Shown here piece after piece: positions 18,050 through 28,149 of a DNA stretch of 64,000 nt. The number at the start of each line of letters is the position of its first letter. Within the stretch, counting starts at the first letter, position 1. The notes under the pieces were generated by a model that saw only the letters and a program-made list of their open reading frames with translations, was not told where the DNA came from and did no database searches. A program made the position numbers and the translations under genes. Source of the DNA: Bacteroidota bacterium (GTDB lineage: Bacteria > Bacteroidota > Bacteroidia > AKYH767-A > 2013-40CM-41-45); contig PLYJ01000220.1 in assembly GCA_003151745.1 (NCBI GenBank), positions 86,630 through 150,629 of the forward strand. Reading direction: 5' to 3'.

Positions 18050-18116
18050 ACCTGAAAAAAGCATTCAGTTTTTATCCGGATGCTTTTGTATTCGAAAAGC
18101 AATGTTTCAAAATGTT

Positions 18117-18560
18117 TTACTTAATGGGTGGTTGATTCAATATCATCCAATACAATCCGAGTTCTTTGATTGCCTGAAAAAAATTATCGCTTTCAACAGG
18201 TTTTACGATATAACTGTTTGCACCAAGAGCGTAACATTTTTTTATGTCCGGATCTTCTTTAGATGAAGTAAGTATTACAATTGGAATAGATTTAAAGTCA
18301 GGATCGGATTTTATTTTTTCCAGCACTTCCATTCCCGATACTTTTGGCATCTTAAGGTCAAGTAAGATCAACTTCGGATGTTGTTGAATATCCCGTGAGG
18401 CATAAGCCCCTTTGCAATAAATAAAATCGAGTGCTTCGGCGCCATCTTTCACATGATGGAGTTTGTTTGTAAGTCCGCTTTTGGTAAGAGCGCGAATGGT
18501 AAGCATGGCATCATCCATACTATCTTCGGCAAATAAAATTTCAATGTCATTGTAATTCAT
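18117..18560 (-). CDS. Single-domain response regulator (REC)
   Basis: Has EDSMDD, the phospho-acceptor context LILLDLKMPKVSG, and SYIVKP (the conserved Lys). Confidence 0.9.
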   Translation of the reverse strand: MNYNDIEILFAEDSMDDAMLTIRALTKSGLTNKLHHVKDGAEALDFIYCKGAYASRDIQQHPKLILLDLKMPKVSGMEVLEKIKSDPDFKSIPIVILTSSKEDPDIKKCYALGANSYIVKPVESDNFFQAIKELGLYWMILNQPPIK

Positions 18561-18570
18561 AGTTTTTTAT

Positions 18571-19674
18571 TTAAGGATTAATTTTTGGTAAGCTGAAATA
18601 AAAACACGCTCCTTCGTTTAGTTTTGATTCTGCCCAAACTGTTCCGTTATGCCGATATATTATTTTTTGAACAATTGCGAGTCCCACGCCTGTTCCTTCA
18701 AATTCTTCCTGAGAATGTAATCGCTGAAAAACCCCAAAAAGCTTATTATAGTATTGCATATCAAACCCAACTCCGTTATCTTTTATATAATAAACAACAA
18801 AATTATCTTTATGATACGCGCCTATTTCGATTTTAGGTTTAGGTTTATATTTCGAATATTTAATGGCATTGGAAATTAAATTAACCCATACTTGTTTAAT
18901 GAGTGAGTGATCTCCTTTTGCAGGTGGCAGGATATTTATATCAAATTCTATTGTCCTTTCAACATCTTCTGCCACTATTTCTTCGCTAATCGATCTAACC
19001 AGAGTGGTTATATTTATTTCCGAAACTGTTACTTGTTTTCTTCCTAATCTTGAAAATGCAAGTAAATCGTCAATCAGCTCACCCATTCTTTTTGAATTAT
19101 ACATAATGGAATGAAGAGCCTTTGTTCCATTAGAATCAAATTTTTCGGTATAATCTTCTTCCAAAATTTTTGCATATCCGCCGATGGCTCTCAGCGGAGC
19201 CCGTAAATCGTGAGAAACAGAATAGCTGAATGATTCTAACTCTTTATTTGTATTTTTCAATTCCTTGTTTAATTCAAATAAGGCAATCTCCTGTTGATGC
19301 TTATCGATAAAAAACTTAACCTTGTTTATTAATATTTCAGGTTGGAAAGGTTTTGTTATAAAACTAAATGCTCCTTTTTCGTATCCTTTAAAAACATTCA
19401 AATTATCAGTATAAACAGCCGAGATAAATATAAAAGGCAGGTGTGCCGTTTTTTCTTCTTCACGCAATATACCGGCAAGTTCGTAACCATCCATTTCCGG
19501 CATTTGAATATCTAATAATGCCAAGGCAAAATCATGAACTAAAGTTGCTTTAAGCGCATCATTACCACTTGTTGCTTCTATAAGTTCAATATCCAGATCT
19601 TTAAGAACCTTTCTTAAAGCAAATAAATTTTCCGGCTTGTCATCTACAATTAATATTTTAGGTTTTCTATTCAT
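18571..19674 (-). CDS. REC-HisKA-HATPase hybrid histidine kinase
   Basis: The N-terminal REC has ILIVDDKPENL and LALLDIQMPEMDG. The H-box reads FSYSVSHDLRAPL. The G-boxes read DNGVGFD and GTGVGLAIV. Confidence 0.9.
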   Translation of the reverse strand: MNRKPKILIVDDKPENLFALRKVLKDLDIELIEATSGNDALKATLVHDFALALLDIQMPEMDGYELAGILREEEKTAHLPFIFISAVYTDNLNVFKGYEKGAFSFITKPFQPEILINKVKFFIDKHQQEIALFELNKELKNTNKELESFSYSVSHDLRAPLRAIGGYAKILEEDYTEKFDSNGTKALHSIMYNSKRMGELIDDLLAFSRLGRKQVTVSEINITTLVRSISEEIVAEDVERTIEFDINILPPAKGDHSLIKQVWVNLISNAIKYSKYKPKPKIEIGAYHKDNFVVYYIKDNGVGFDMQYYNKLFGVFQRLHSQEEFEGTGVGLAIVQKIIYRHNGTVWAESKLNEGACFYFSLPKINP

Positions 19675-19739
19675 GCATGATACTTTTTAAGTCAAAACTT
19701 TTATCACCTTTTCTGTCCATCCTTACTAATTTATAACTC

Positions 19740-22700
19740 TTACTTACTTAACCATACACGCATCAATGATAGTAGCCGTTCTATATCAACTGGTTTAGTG
19801 ATGTAATCATTGGCTCCTGCATCAATACATTTTTGTTTATCATCTTTCATAGCTTTTGCTGTGAGTGCAATTATGGGTAAGTTCTTAAACTTCCTCTGAG
19901 ATCGTATTCGTTTCATTGCTTCGTAACCGTCCATTTCCGGCATCATAATATCCATCAATACCAGATCAATGTCAGCATGTGTATCCAAGATATCCAATGC
20001 TTTTTGTCCATTTTCAGCCTTTACTATTTCCATTCCGCGTTCTTTTAATATTTTTGATAGTGCAAATAGATTTCGCATATCATCATCTACCAATAATATT
20101 TTTTTAGAATGAAACATCGCTTCTTTATCGTACAAATTATTGATGATTAATTGTTTTGACTCCGGTAAATTAGTAATCGTCCTGTGCAGGAAAAGAGCAG
20201 TTTCATCCAATAATCGTTCTTCCGATTTTACACCCTTTATGATAATACTCTCGGCATATTTTTGTAGTTCGTTGTTTTCTTCTTTGCTAAGTTCCTTACC
20301 TGTGTAAATAATAATAGGCGGAATGTTATGGTCTTTTATATTCTCTAGTTTATGGATAAGGTCAAACCCACTAATATCCGGCAAACCAATATCTAGAATA
20401 ATACAATCGATGTGATTCTGCTGATACATAGCCAAAGCATCTTTGCCCGTTCCTGCTTCAAAACATTTTACATCACCATTCCCAATAAGTTTACGCATAG
20501 CTTTCCTAGAATTTTCATCATCCTCAATGATGAGAAGATTTTTCATTTTTCTGCTGACAAAATTTTCAATTCTGTTAAATGCTTCTTCCAGATCTTTTTT
20601 ATTTACCGGTTTCATCAAATACTCAATTGCTCCTTCTTTGATTGGTTCCAGCGAACGTTCTTTTGCCGAAATAATATGTACGGGTATATGTCTTATAGAT
20701 GGATTTGCTTTTAGTTCAAGCAGTACTTGATGTCCGTTGATGCCCGGCAGACCCATATCAAGAATGATTGCTTGCGGTTTGTATTTTATAGCAAGTTGTA
20801 AACCGTCTTCTCCGGTTGCTGCCGACAAACATTTAAATCCTTTTTTGTTGGCTTGCTTTAAAAGTATAGAAGCAAATTTTAAATCATCCTCAATGATAAG
20901 TACTACTTTATCATCCTTGGTTATTGTATCTCTATCATCTTCCATCGAAGGGTAATTCAGATATTGGGTATCATTTTCAGATTTATATAAAACAGGTTCT
21001 TTTAATGCGTCTGTTCTAACAGATTCTTGTTCCTGATGTATTTCCAACGGAACAATTACTGAAAAAGTAGATCCTTCATTTAATTTACTCTTTAACTGAA
21101 TTTCAGCTCCTAATAATTTTGCGAGTTCGCGTGAAATAGAAAGACCTAAACCTGTACCGCCATACTTTCTAGATGTCCCTCCTTCAGCCTGTTGAAAAGC
21201 TTCAAATATTGCTATCTGTTTGTCTTCCGGTATCCCTATACCTGAATCGGCAACGGAAATAATTACCGTACTTTCTGTATATCGGTTGATACTTATATTT
21301 ATGCTTCCTTTTTTAGTAAATTTTATGGCATTGGATAAAAGATTTTTCAATATCTGGTTTAAACGTTGAGAATCAGTGTAAATAGATTCGGGCAATTCTT
21401 TATCCAATTTTGCATTTAGCTTCAATCCTTTTTGTTCAGCTTGATGTTTAAATTCACGAATGAGCTCATCTTTAAAATCTCTCAATGACACTCTTTCAAT
21501 ATTTATTGACATTTTTCCTGCTTCAATTTTGGAAAGATCAAGAACTTCATTTATTAATATAAGCAAATCGTGACCACTTTTATAAATTATTTCTGCACTT
21601 TCAACCTGGTCGCTATCTAAATTTTTATTTCTGTTTTCAGATAAATCTTTTGACAGGATAAGCAAACTGTTAAGTGGTGTCCTTAATTCGTGTGACATAT
21701 TTGCAAGAAATTCAGATTTATACTTGCTGCTTATTTCTAATTGTTTTGTTTTTTGTTCAATGTCATTTTTTGAAGCTTCGACTTCTTTGTTTTTTTCTTC
21801 CAATGATTGAGTTTGTTCTTCTAATTCTTCATTGGTCATTTGTAATTCCTCTTGTTGCTGTTTCAGGTTTTGTGTTTGCTCTTCAAGTTCTTCATTCATT
21901 TGTTTAAGTTCTTCCTGTTGTGATTGAAGTTCTTCACTCTGAACTTGTGTTTCTTCAAGCAACTCCTGAATTTTTTTTCTTGCAACAGCCGAGTTAACAC
22001 TTATTGCAATACTCTCCATTGAACCATTAATGAATTCTTTTTCTGTATCAGTAAATGGTTTTAATTTCCCCATCTCTATTACTCCAAGTGTTTTGCCTTC
22101 AAACAAAAAAGGGATAATCAGCAGATTTTTTGGTTTGGCATTTAATATAGAAGATGTAATGCGCATTTCTTCTTCCTGTATATTGGTAAGGGAAATGAGC
22201 TTTTGTTCACGGGCAACCTGACCAATCAGCCCTTCGCCTAAAGCAAATTTTTGTTTTCTATTTTCAGGAGATAAAAAAGCATATTCACCGGAAAGCACTA
22301 GCAAGTTTTCTTTTTCATTTAACAGATAAACAGCGCCTATATTAGCTTCCAGATAAGGAACTAAAAAACTAATTGTATTGTTTGCCAGTTCTTCAATACT
22401 TTGATCGCCTATTAATTTTTCATTGAGTTGGTTTTGTCCTGCAGTAAGCCAGTTATGTTTTTCATTTGCTTCCGTACTTTCTCGTAAGGAACTAGTCATC
22501 TTCCTTAACGAAACACCTAATGAGTCTTTATCAGACCGTGGAATAAAATCAACCGAATAATTACCTAAAGCAACACTGTTTGCGTTTTCAGTCACTTCCC
22601 TAAAACTTTCATTAATATTCACTAGAGAATTGAATACGGGTCTTAGTTCGTCTTTTGCATTATCTTCTAATTTGTTATTTGCAAATTCTCTACTTGCAAT

Positions 22701-23369
22701 TTTTTCTGCCTCAGCAGCAATAAACGAAATCCTTTTGGTAATGCCTGCAATAATTATATAAGATATAATTATTGCAAATAATATACTTGCAATAATTAGT
22801 GCAATAATCAGATACAAAGCAGAACGATAATCCACACCGTTCTGTATTTTATCATTCTGCATGCTTTTTTTATTTTTTTCAACAAGTTGACTTAACAAAT
22901 TGGTTATAAGATCCCTTGTTTTCAATCCTTTATTAAGCGATAACGCAGTTGCTCTTTCATTTTCATACTTTAATGTAAGTGCGATAATACTATCCAGATA
23001 CGGTTTATAACTGTTCCAGGCGATAGTAAATTGGCTTAATATTTTCTTTCCCTCTTCATCGGATAATGCTTCTAATTCATTGGTTTTTTTAGAAATGGAG
23101 TCTTGTGTTTTGTAAATTCGGTCTTTAAAATAAAGCATACGCGTCTGGTCTAACTCTAGAATAATGTTTTTTTCTTGCCTAGCAACTTCTAATATACATA
23201 TTGATATTTCATTAGAGAGATCTACTTTTCTGGATGATATATCTACCACCTTCAAAAATCTATCATTGGATTCAGAGAATTTAATTATCATAAAAAATGC
23301 CGTTGAAATAAGCATCAGTAAAATAAGAGTAAACCCCCCAAATAATTTATTTTTTATTGTTAAATTCAT
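19740..23369 (-). CDS. Large hybrid sensor kinase: 4HB-MCP-like sensor, TM, HAMP, GAF, coiled coil, HisKA, HATPase, three REC domains
   Basis: Two TM segments flank a helical periplasmic region. A GAF-like block reads VYLLNEKENLLVLSGEYAF. The coiled coil reads EELQSQQEELKQMNEELEEQTQ. The H-box is FLANMSHELRTPL. The REC acceptor sites are ILDMGLPGING, ILDIGLPDISG and LMDIMMPEMDG. Confidence 0.9.
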   Translation of the reverse strand: MNLTIKNKLFGGFTLILLMLISTAFFMIIKFSESNDRFLKVVDISSRKVDLSNEISICILEVARQEKNIILELDQTRMLYFKDRIYKTQDSISKKTNELEALSDEEGKKILSQFTIAWNSYKPYLDSIIALTLKYENERATALSLNKGLKTRDLITNLLSQLVEKNKKSMQNDKIQNGVDYRSALYLIIALIIASILFAIIISYIIIAGITKRISFIAAEAEKIASREFANNKLEDNAKDELRPVFNSLVNINESFREVTENANSVALGNYSVDFIPRSDKDSLGVSLRKMTSSLRESTEANEKHNWLTAGQNQLNEKLIGDQSIEELANNTISFLVPYLEANIGAVYLLNEKENLLVLSGEYAFLSPENRKQKFALGEGLIGQVAREQKLISLTNIQEEEMRITSSILNAKPKNLLIIPFLFEGKTLGVIEMGKLKPFTDTEKEFINGSMESIAISVNSAVARKKIQELLEETQVQSEELQSQQEELKQMNEELEEQTQNLKQQQEELQMTNEELEEQTQSLEEKNKEVEASKNDIEQKTKQLEISSKYKSEFLANMSHELRTPLNSLLILSKDLSENRNKNLDSDQVESAEIIYKSGHDLLILINEVLDLSKIEAGKMSINIERVSLRDFKDELIREFKHQAEQKGLKLNAKLDKELPESIYTDSQRLNQILKNLLSNAIKFTKKGSINISINRYTESTVIISVADSGIGIPEDKQIAIFEAFQQAEGGTSRKYGGTGLGLSISRELAKLLGAEIQLKSKLNEGSTFSVIVPLEIHQEQESVRTDALKEPVLYKSENDTQYLNYPSMEDDRDTITKDDKVVLIIEDDLKFASILLKQANKKGFKCLSAATGEDGLQLAIKYKPQAIILDMGLPGINGHQVLLELKANPSIRHIPVHIISAKERSLEPIKEGAIEYLMKPVNKKDLEEAFNRIENFVSRKMKNLLIIEDDENSRKAMRKLIGNGDVKCFEAGTGKDALAMYQQNHIDCIILDIGLPDISGFDLIHKLENIKDHNIPPIIIYTGKELSKEENNELQKYAESIIIKGVKSEERLLDETALFLHRTITNLPESKQLIINNLYDKEAMFHSKKILLVDDDMRNLFALSKILKERGMEIVKAENGQKALDILDTHADIDLVLMDIMMPEMDGYEAMKRIRSQRKFKNLPIIALTAKAMKDDKQKCIDAGANDYITKPVDIERLLSLMRVWLSK

Positions 23370-23380
23370 ATTGATATATT

Positions 23381-23593
23381 TTAATTTTTTTTGTTCCGTT
23401 TTATGAGTAAGTCTGTTATATCTTCCAAAGATAAAATATAATCCGGTTTAATAGCAGCAATAGTTGATGCAGGCATATAATCAGATTCAGCTGTTTTTGG
23501 ATTCTGAACAATTGCTAAACCACCACATTCTTTTATTCGTTTTATACCATTTGTTCCATCGCTGTTTGAGCCTGTAAGTATCACTCCAATCAA
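23381..23593 (-). pseudogene. C-terminal fragment of a CheB-type methylesterase
   Basis: …GVILTGSNSDGTNGIKRIKECGGLAIVQNPKTAESDYMPASTIA… covers only the last 70 or so residues of a CheB catalytic domain. There is no credible start; the listed start is a TTG at the junction. Confidence 0.7.
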
Positions 23594-23652
23594 ATTGTTT
23601 CTACATCCATACTATCCTCGGCAAATAAAATTTCAATATCATTGTAATTCAT
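23590..23652 (-). pseudogene. 20-codon remnant of a response-regulator gene, duplicate of the 18117..18560 start
   Basis: MNYNDIEILFAEDSMDVETI* compares with MNYNDIEILFAEDSMDDAML… at 18560. The spacer to the upstream HK stop is also conserved (compare 18561-18575 with 23653-23668). Confidence 0.7.
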
Positions 23653-23663
23653 GTTTTTTAAAT

Positions 23664-25202
23664 TTAGGAATTAATATTAGGTAAGCTGAAATAAAAACAC
23701 GCTCCTTCGTTTAGTTTTGATTCTGCCCAAACTGTTCCGTTGTGCCGGTGTATTATTTTTTGAACGATGGCTAATCCAACGCCTGTTCCTTCAAATTCTT
23801 CCTGAGAATGTAATCGCTGAAAAACCCCAAAAAGCTTATTATAGTATTGCATATCAAACCCAACTCCGTTATCTTTTATATAATAAACAACAAGATTGTC
23901 TTTATGGTATGCGCCTATTTCAATTTTAGGTTTATGTTTATGTTTCGAATATTTAATGGCATTGGAAATTAAATTAACCCATACTTGTTTAATCAATACC
24001 TGTCCGCCATTTGCAGACGGAAGTTCATGTATTACAAATTCAATTTCGTTTGAATTTCCATTCATTTCTTCTTCTCTCACTGATTTAACAAGAGCGGTCA
24101 TGTTTATTTCAGAAGTTGTTACTTCCGTTCTCCCTAATCTTGAAAATGCAAGTAAATCATCAATCAGCTCACCCATTCTTTTTGAATTGTACATAATGGA
24201 ATGAAGAGCTTTTGTTCCATCAGAATCAAATTTTCCGAAATAATCTTCTTCTAAAATTTTTGCATATCCACTGATTGCTCTCAATGGTGCTCGCAAGTCA
24301 TGTGAAACAGAATAGGAAAATGATTCTAATTCTTTATTCACTGCTTGTAATTGTTCTTCAGTTTTTTTTCTTTCGGTAATGTCATTAAAGAGAAGTGCGA
24401 CCTGCAAGTTCTTCGGTTTTCCTAAACGAAAGGCATATACATCATACCAACGGTGCAACTGTTCAGCACGATTCTCAAATCGAGCCGATTCACCTGTCAA
24501 CGCGATCTTTCCATAGATTTCAAACCAATATTCTTCGTGATCGGGAGCAAACTCACGCATGCGTTTGCCAACAGCATCACGAAGTCCGGTTTGCCTTTCA
24601 AACGATGCATTGATCTCCAGAAAACGATAGTCAACGGGTTTTTTCTGCTCGTTAAAAATCATCTCTATAATGCAATACCCTTCATCTATTGAATTGAAAA
24701 GCGAGCTATATTTTTCTTCACTTTCTTTTAATTGTTGAATATTGTTCTCTAACTGAGCAGTACGCTCAGTTACTCTTTTTTCCGAATCAACATTCAACTG
24801 TTTTATCTCCTTAATATTTTTTGCCTGTTCAATACTATAGCGGATTGATCTTTCTAACTGGCTTGCTGATATGTTTCCTTTCACAAGATAATCGGAAGCT
24901 CCAAATTTCATAGCTTGTTTATCAACTTCAATATCATTTTGGCCGGTGAGAAGAATAAGAGGAACGTCGCAACCGTTTTTTAACGCTTCACTTATCAATT
25001 CAAGGCCATTATCAGCACCAAGGCGGTAATCCACAAGATATACATCATGCGTTTTTTTCGAGATGTGCTTTAAACCATCATTATATGACTGTACCCAATC
25101 AATTGAATATTTATGATGGTGAATTTCTGCAAATAAATCTTTAGCAATGATAAAATCATCTTCATCATCGTCAATCATTAGTATATTAATTTCACTTTTC
25201 AT
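23664..25202 (-). CDS. REC-PAS-HisKA-HATPase hybrid histidine kinase
   Basis: The REC has ILMIDDDEDD and VYLVDYRLG. A PAS-like core reads IDEGYCIIEMIF…ERKKTEEQL. The transmitter module is nearly identical to that of 18571..19674. ATG 25202 (MKSEIN…) is preferred over 25268. Confidence 0.88.
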   Translation of the reverse strand: MKSEINILMIDDDEDDFIIAKDLFAEIHHHKYSIDWVQSYNDGLKHISKKTHDVYLVDYRLGADNGLELISEALKNGCDVPLILLTGQNDIEVDKQAMKFGASDYLVKGNISASQLERSIRYSIEQAKNIKEIKQLNVDSEKRVTERTAQLENNIQQLKESEEKYSSLFNSIDEGYCIIEMIFNEQKKPVDYRFLEINASFERQTGLRDAVGKRMREFAPDHEEYWFEIYGKIALTGESARFENRAEQLHRWYDVYAFRLGKPKNLQVALLFNDITERKKTEEQLQAVNKELESFSYSVSHDLRAPLRAISGYAKILEEDYFGKFDSDGTKALHSIMYNSKRMGELIDDLLAFSRLGRTEVTTSEINMTALVKSVREEEMNGNSNEIEFVIHELPSANGGQVLIKQVWVNLISNAIKYSKHKHKPKIEIGAYHKDNLVVYYIKDNGVGFDMQYYNKLFGVFQRLHSQEEFEGTGVGLAIVQKIIHRHNGTVWAESKLNEGACFYFSLPNINS

Positions 25203-25539
25203 TTCAATTTTTCTATCGGATTTATACAATTTCAAGCCAGTAACAATGGGCCGAAACTTAATCCACATTTGGATTAAAAAATTTTCAATTTAAAACATAA
25301 ATTGTATGGTGAAAGTAGTTTAAAAGTATTTGATTCAAAAAAATTTATTTTTGTGATGTAAGAAATTCGACCTCTTTTTTTTGCTCTTCCAAACATAAAT
25401 CTTGACAAAATTGTTAGCAAAACAATTGATAATATTATATTTTTAGTTTTACTAATGCTAAGAGTCAGAGATTAAGGCTAAAACAATTATAAAAAAATAA
25501 ATGTTTTTAGATGTAAGAAAAACAGGATTTTTGGTATTA

Positions 25540-25596
25540 TTTTCTAATTATAATTTGGCTATTTAATTATAATTTGGTTATTTAATTGTAATTTGG
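25540..25596 (+). promoter_or_regulatory. Three tandem 19-bp repeats upstream of the PAS-HK/LuxR operon
   Basis: The core taatt(a/g)taatttgg occurs at 25545, 25564 and 25583, an exact 19-nt period. The array ends 24 nt before the ATG at 25621. Confidence 0.5.
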
Positions 25597-25620
25597 GTAT
25601 TATTAAATGATTTTCTACAT

Positions 25621-27453
25621 ATGAAATATAAAATACTTCATCTTGAGGACTCAAGCAGTGACGCTGATTTAATTAAACGATCGTTGCAAAAAGCCGGTTT
25701 AAACTTTCAGTATTATTTCGCTGACAACGAAAAAAGTTTCAGAATGGGGATTTCAGAATTTAAACCAAATGTAATTCTTTGCGATCATTCTCTTCCTCAA
25801 TTTGATTCCTTGAAGGCTTTGGAAATTTATAAACAGACGAATCTGGAAATTGCCTTCATCCTTGTTACCGGTAGCGTATCTGAAGAATATGCTGTTGAAA
25901 TGATGAAAAAAGGAATTGATGATTATTTGCTAAAAAACAATATATTACGTCTTCCTCAGGCAATTGAAAATGCAACTAACAAAAGGGAAAAAGAAAGATT
26001 ACGTAAATTGGCAGAAGCCAAATTAGAACAAAGCGAATTGCTTTTAAACAAGGCGCAACAAATAGCTCATATTGGTAGCTGGGAATTAAATCTTCAAACC
26101 GATAAGAAGATTTGGTCAAACGAAATATTCAAAATTTTTGGCCTTTCATCAGAAGAAATAGAGCCTTCACAAGAAAAGTTTTTATCCTTTGTTCACCCGG
26201 AAGATCTTGGTTTTGTAAAAAACAACATAAAACTCGCTTTTAAAGAGTTGCGTAACATGTCTTTCTATAATCGAATTATTCCTAAAGATGGTACCATAAG
26301 GCATATTTATTATGAAAGTAAATTTGAATTCAACAAGCAGGAAAAACCAATATTATTACATGGAATTATTCAGGATATAACTGAAAAAGTATTAGCAGAA
26401 AAAGAAAAGGAGTTTGACGAGACAAATCTTTCAGCATTAATAAATAACACAACTGATTTGATCTGGAGTGTTGACAGAAATTTCAACCTAATTACTTCTA
26501 ACGAAGCTTTTGACAAGATGATTACACACGTTTCGGGGAAGTCAATTGCAAAAGGTAAAAACATTCTTGCCCCCGGGTTAAATGACGAACTATTAATTCG
26601 TTTTAAAGGCTTCTATGAACAGGCCTTCTTGGGAGAGATCTTCACGAAAACTGAACGTTATAATTCCTCCTGGTTGGAGATTTCTTTTTATCCGATTCGT
26701 GAAAGAGATAAAGTTGTTGGTACAGCTTGTTATTTACGAGATATTACCGAACGCAAAAAAGCAGAAGAGGAAATTTTACAAAAAAATGAGCAATTAAGAT
26801 ACCTTGCTTCCCATTTGCAATTCATTCGTGAGTTTGAACGCACCACTATATCACGGGAGATACATGATGAGCTTGGGCAACAACTTACCGCTTTAAAAAT
26901 GGATCTTGGTTGGATCCTGCACAAACAAAATAATGCAGAAAAAGTTGTTGTCGCAAAATTGAATGAGATGCTGAAGATGAGCGATGATATAATCAATACC
27001 ATACGAAGAATTTCATCTGATCTGAGACCAGCTATAATAGACGATTTAGGTCTTATCCCAGCTTTAGAATGGAAGTGCAATGACTTTGAAGAAAAGATGG
27101 GAATCGCTTGTAAATTTGTTTCAACCGTTAAAGAAAGAAGATTTGAAAATGATTTCGGTATTAATGTATATAGAATTTTACAGGAAACACTTACCAATGT
27201 GAGCAGACATGCAGAAGCTAAATCTGTCACGGTTTCGGTTAGTGAAAATGAATCCGAATTATTTTTAGAAATTACAGATGACGGAAAAGGGATCAGTAAT
27301 GAAAAAATACATACCGGAAAAACACTTGGTATTCTTGGAATGCAAGAAAGGGCTGCCTTGCTTGGAGGAAAATTAATTATTGAAGGAACAAAAAATAAGG
27401 GAACCCATACTAAATTAACATTACCTTTTAAAAATGAAAATATTAATAGCTGA
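25621..27453 (+). CDS. REC-PAS-PAS-HisKA_3-HATPase sensor kinase (NarL/LuxR-partner type)
   Basis: The N-terminal REC reads ILHLEDSSSD…ILCDHSLP. There are two PAS-like regions. The HisKA_3 H-box is REIHDELGQQLTALKMDL. The ATPase motifs are LQETLTNVSRHA and DDGKGI. Confidence 0.9.
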   Translation: MKYKILHLEDSSSDADLIKRSLQKAGLNFQYYFADNEKSFRMGISEFKPNVILCDHSLPQFDSLKALEIYKQTNLEIAFILVTGSVSEEYAVEMMKKGIDDYLLKNNILRLPQAIENATNKREKERLRKLAEAKLEQSELLLNKAQQIAHIGSWELNLQTDKKIWSNEIFKIFGLSSEEIEPSQEKFLSFVHPEDLGFVKNNIKLAFKELRNMSFYNRIIPKDGTIRHIYYESKFEFNKQEKPILLHGIIQDITEKVLAEKEKEFDETNLSALINNTTDLIWSVDRNFNLITSNEAFDKMITHVSGKSIAKGKNILAPGLNDELLIRFKGFYEQAFLGEIFTKTERYNSSWLEISFYPIRERDKVVGTACYLRDITERKKAEEEILQKNEQLRYLASHLQFIREFERTTISREIHDELGQQLTALKMDLGWILHKQNNAEKVVVAKLNEMLKMSDDIINTIRRISSDLRPAIIDDLGLIPALEWKCNDFEEKMGIACKFVSTVKERRFENDFGINVYRILQETLTNVSRHAEAKSVTVSVSENESELFLEITDDGKGISNEKIHTGKTLGILGMQERAALLGGKLIIEGTKNKGTHTKLTLPFKNENINS

Positions 27454-28060
27454 TGACCACGAATTGGTAAGGAGCGGTTTGGCGAGAATTATTGCAGAAG
27501 AGTTTTCTTCATGTACCATACACGAAGCTGAAAACGGATTACAAGCAGAGAAAATGGCAAGATCAGGGAAATGGGATCTCATTATCAGTGATATGTCTAT
27601 GCCCGATAAAACCGGATTAGACGTTTTAAAGCAATTAAGGTCAGAAGCAATTAAAATACCGGTACTTATTTTAAGTATTCATCCTGAAAATCAATATGCA
27701 TTAAGAGTGCTTAAGGCTGGAGGTAACGGGTATATTACAAAAGATTGTCCAAGAGCCGAATTTATAAATGCTGTAAAAATTATTCTTAGTGGTAAAAAAT
27801 ACATTTCAGCAAATGTAGCCGAAAAACTTGCCTCTCGATTTGATGATGAAATTAACAAAGAGCAACATGAGTTAATTTCTGATAGAGAATTACAGGTACT
27901 GAAATTAATTGCCTCCGGAAAAACTGTTTCTGAAATTGCCGATGAATTAGCATTGAGTATTGCTACTATAAGCACATACCGCCACCGACTTCTCGAAAAA
28001 ATGAATTTTAAAAATAATGCAGAACTCACGCATTATGCTATCACCAACCATTTAGTTTAA
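27434..28060 (+). CDS. NarL/LuxR-family response regulator
   Basis: The REC has ILIADDHELV and LIISDMSMPDKTG. The LuxR HTH reads SDRELQVLKLIASGKTVSEIADELALSIATISTYRHRLLEKM. The gene overlaps the kinase gene by 20 nt. Confidence 0.92.
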   Translation: MKILIADDHELVRSGLARIIAEEFSSCTIHEAENGLQAEKMARSGKWDLIISDMSMPDKTGLDVLKQLRSEAIKIPVLILSIHPENQYALRVLKAGGNGYITKDCPRAEFINAVKIILSGKKYISANVAEKLASRFDDEINKEQHELISDRELQVLKLIASGKTVSEIADELALSIATISTYRHRLLEKMNFKNNAELTHYAITNHLV

Positions 28061-28149
28061 TACTTTTTATTTTATTGTTTCAGTTCGTTAGTGCAAAACT
28101 ATGCACTTTCAGTACAAGACTTTTAGTTTCTACAAAATTTACGTGTTGC

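Noticed and set aside
17808-18266. The track lists a full 152-aa ORF as a gene.
   Set aside because: Only the first 65 or so residues look like a DUF1360-type protein. The remainder is the 46-nt repeat, a terminator hairpin and the antisense of the response-regulator gene.
25540-25596. I considered whether the tandem repeats could be a CRISPR array.
   Set aside because: There are only three contiguous 19-bp units with no spacers and no cas genes. No CRISPR-like repeat-spacer structure occurs anywhere in the window.
26730-27230. The track lists a 166-aa antisense ORF inside the PAS-kinase gene. Similar antisense ORFs lie within aceB, the hybrid kinases, the LRR genes and the PKS cluster (1862..2203, 20412..20955, 23717..24692, 53491..53805, 55104..55427, 50072..50759 and others).
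   Set aside because: All are embedded antisense or out of frame in genes with strong domain evidence. Their compositions are low-complexity and rich in Ser, Phe, Ile and Leu, as expected from AT-rich antisense strands.
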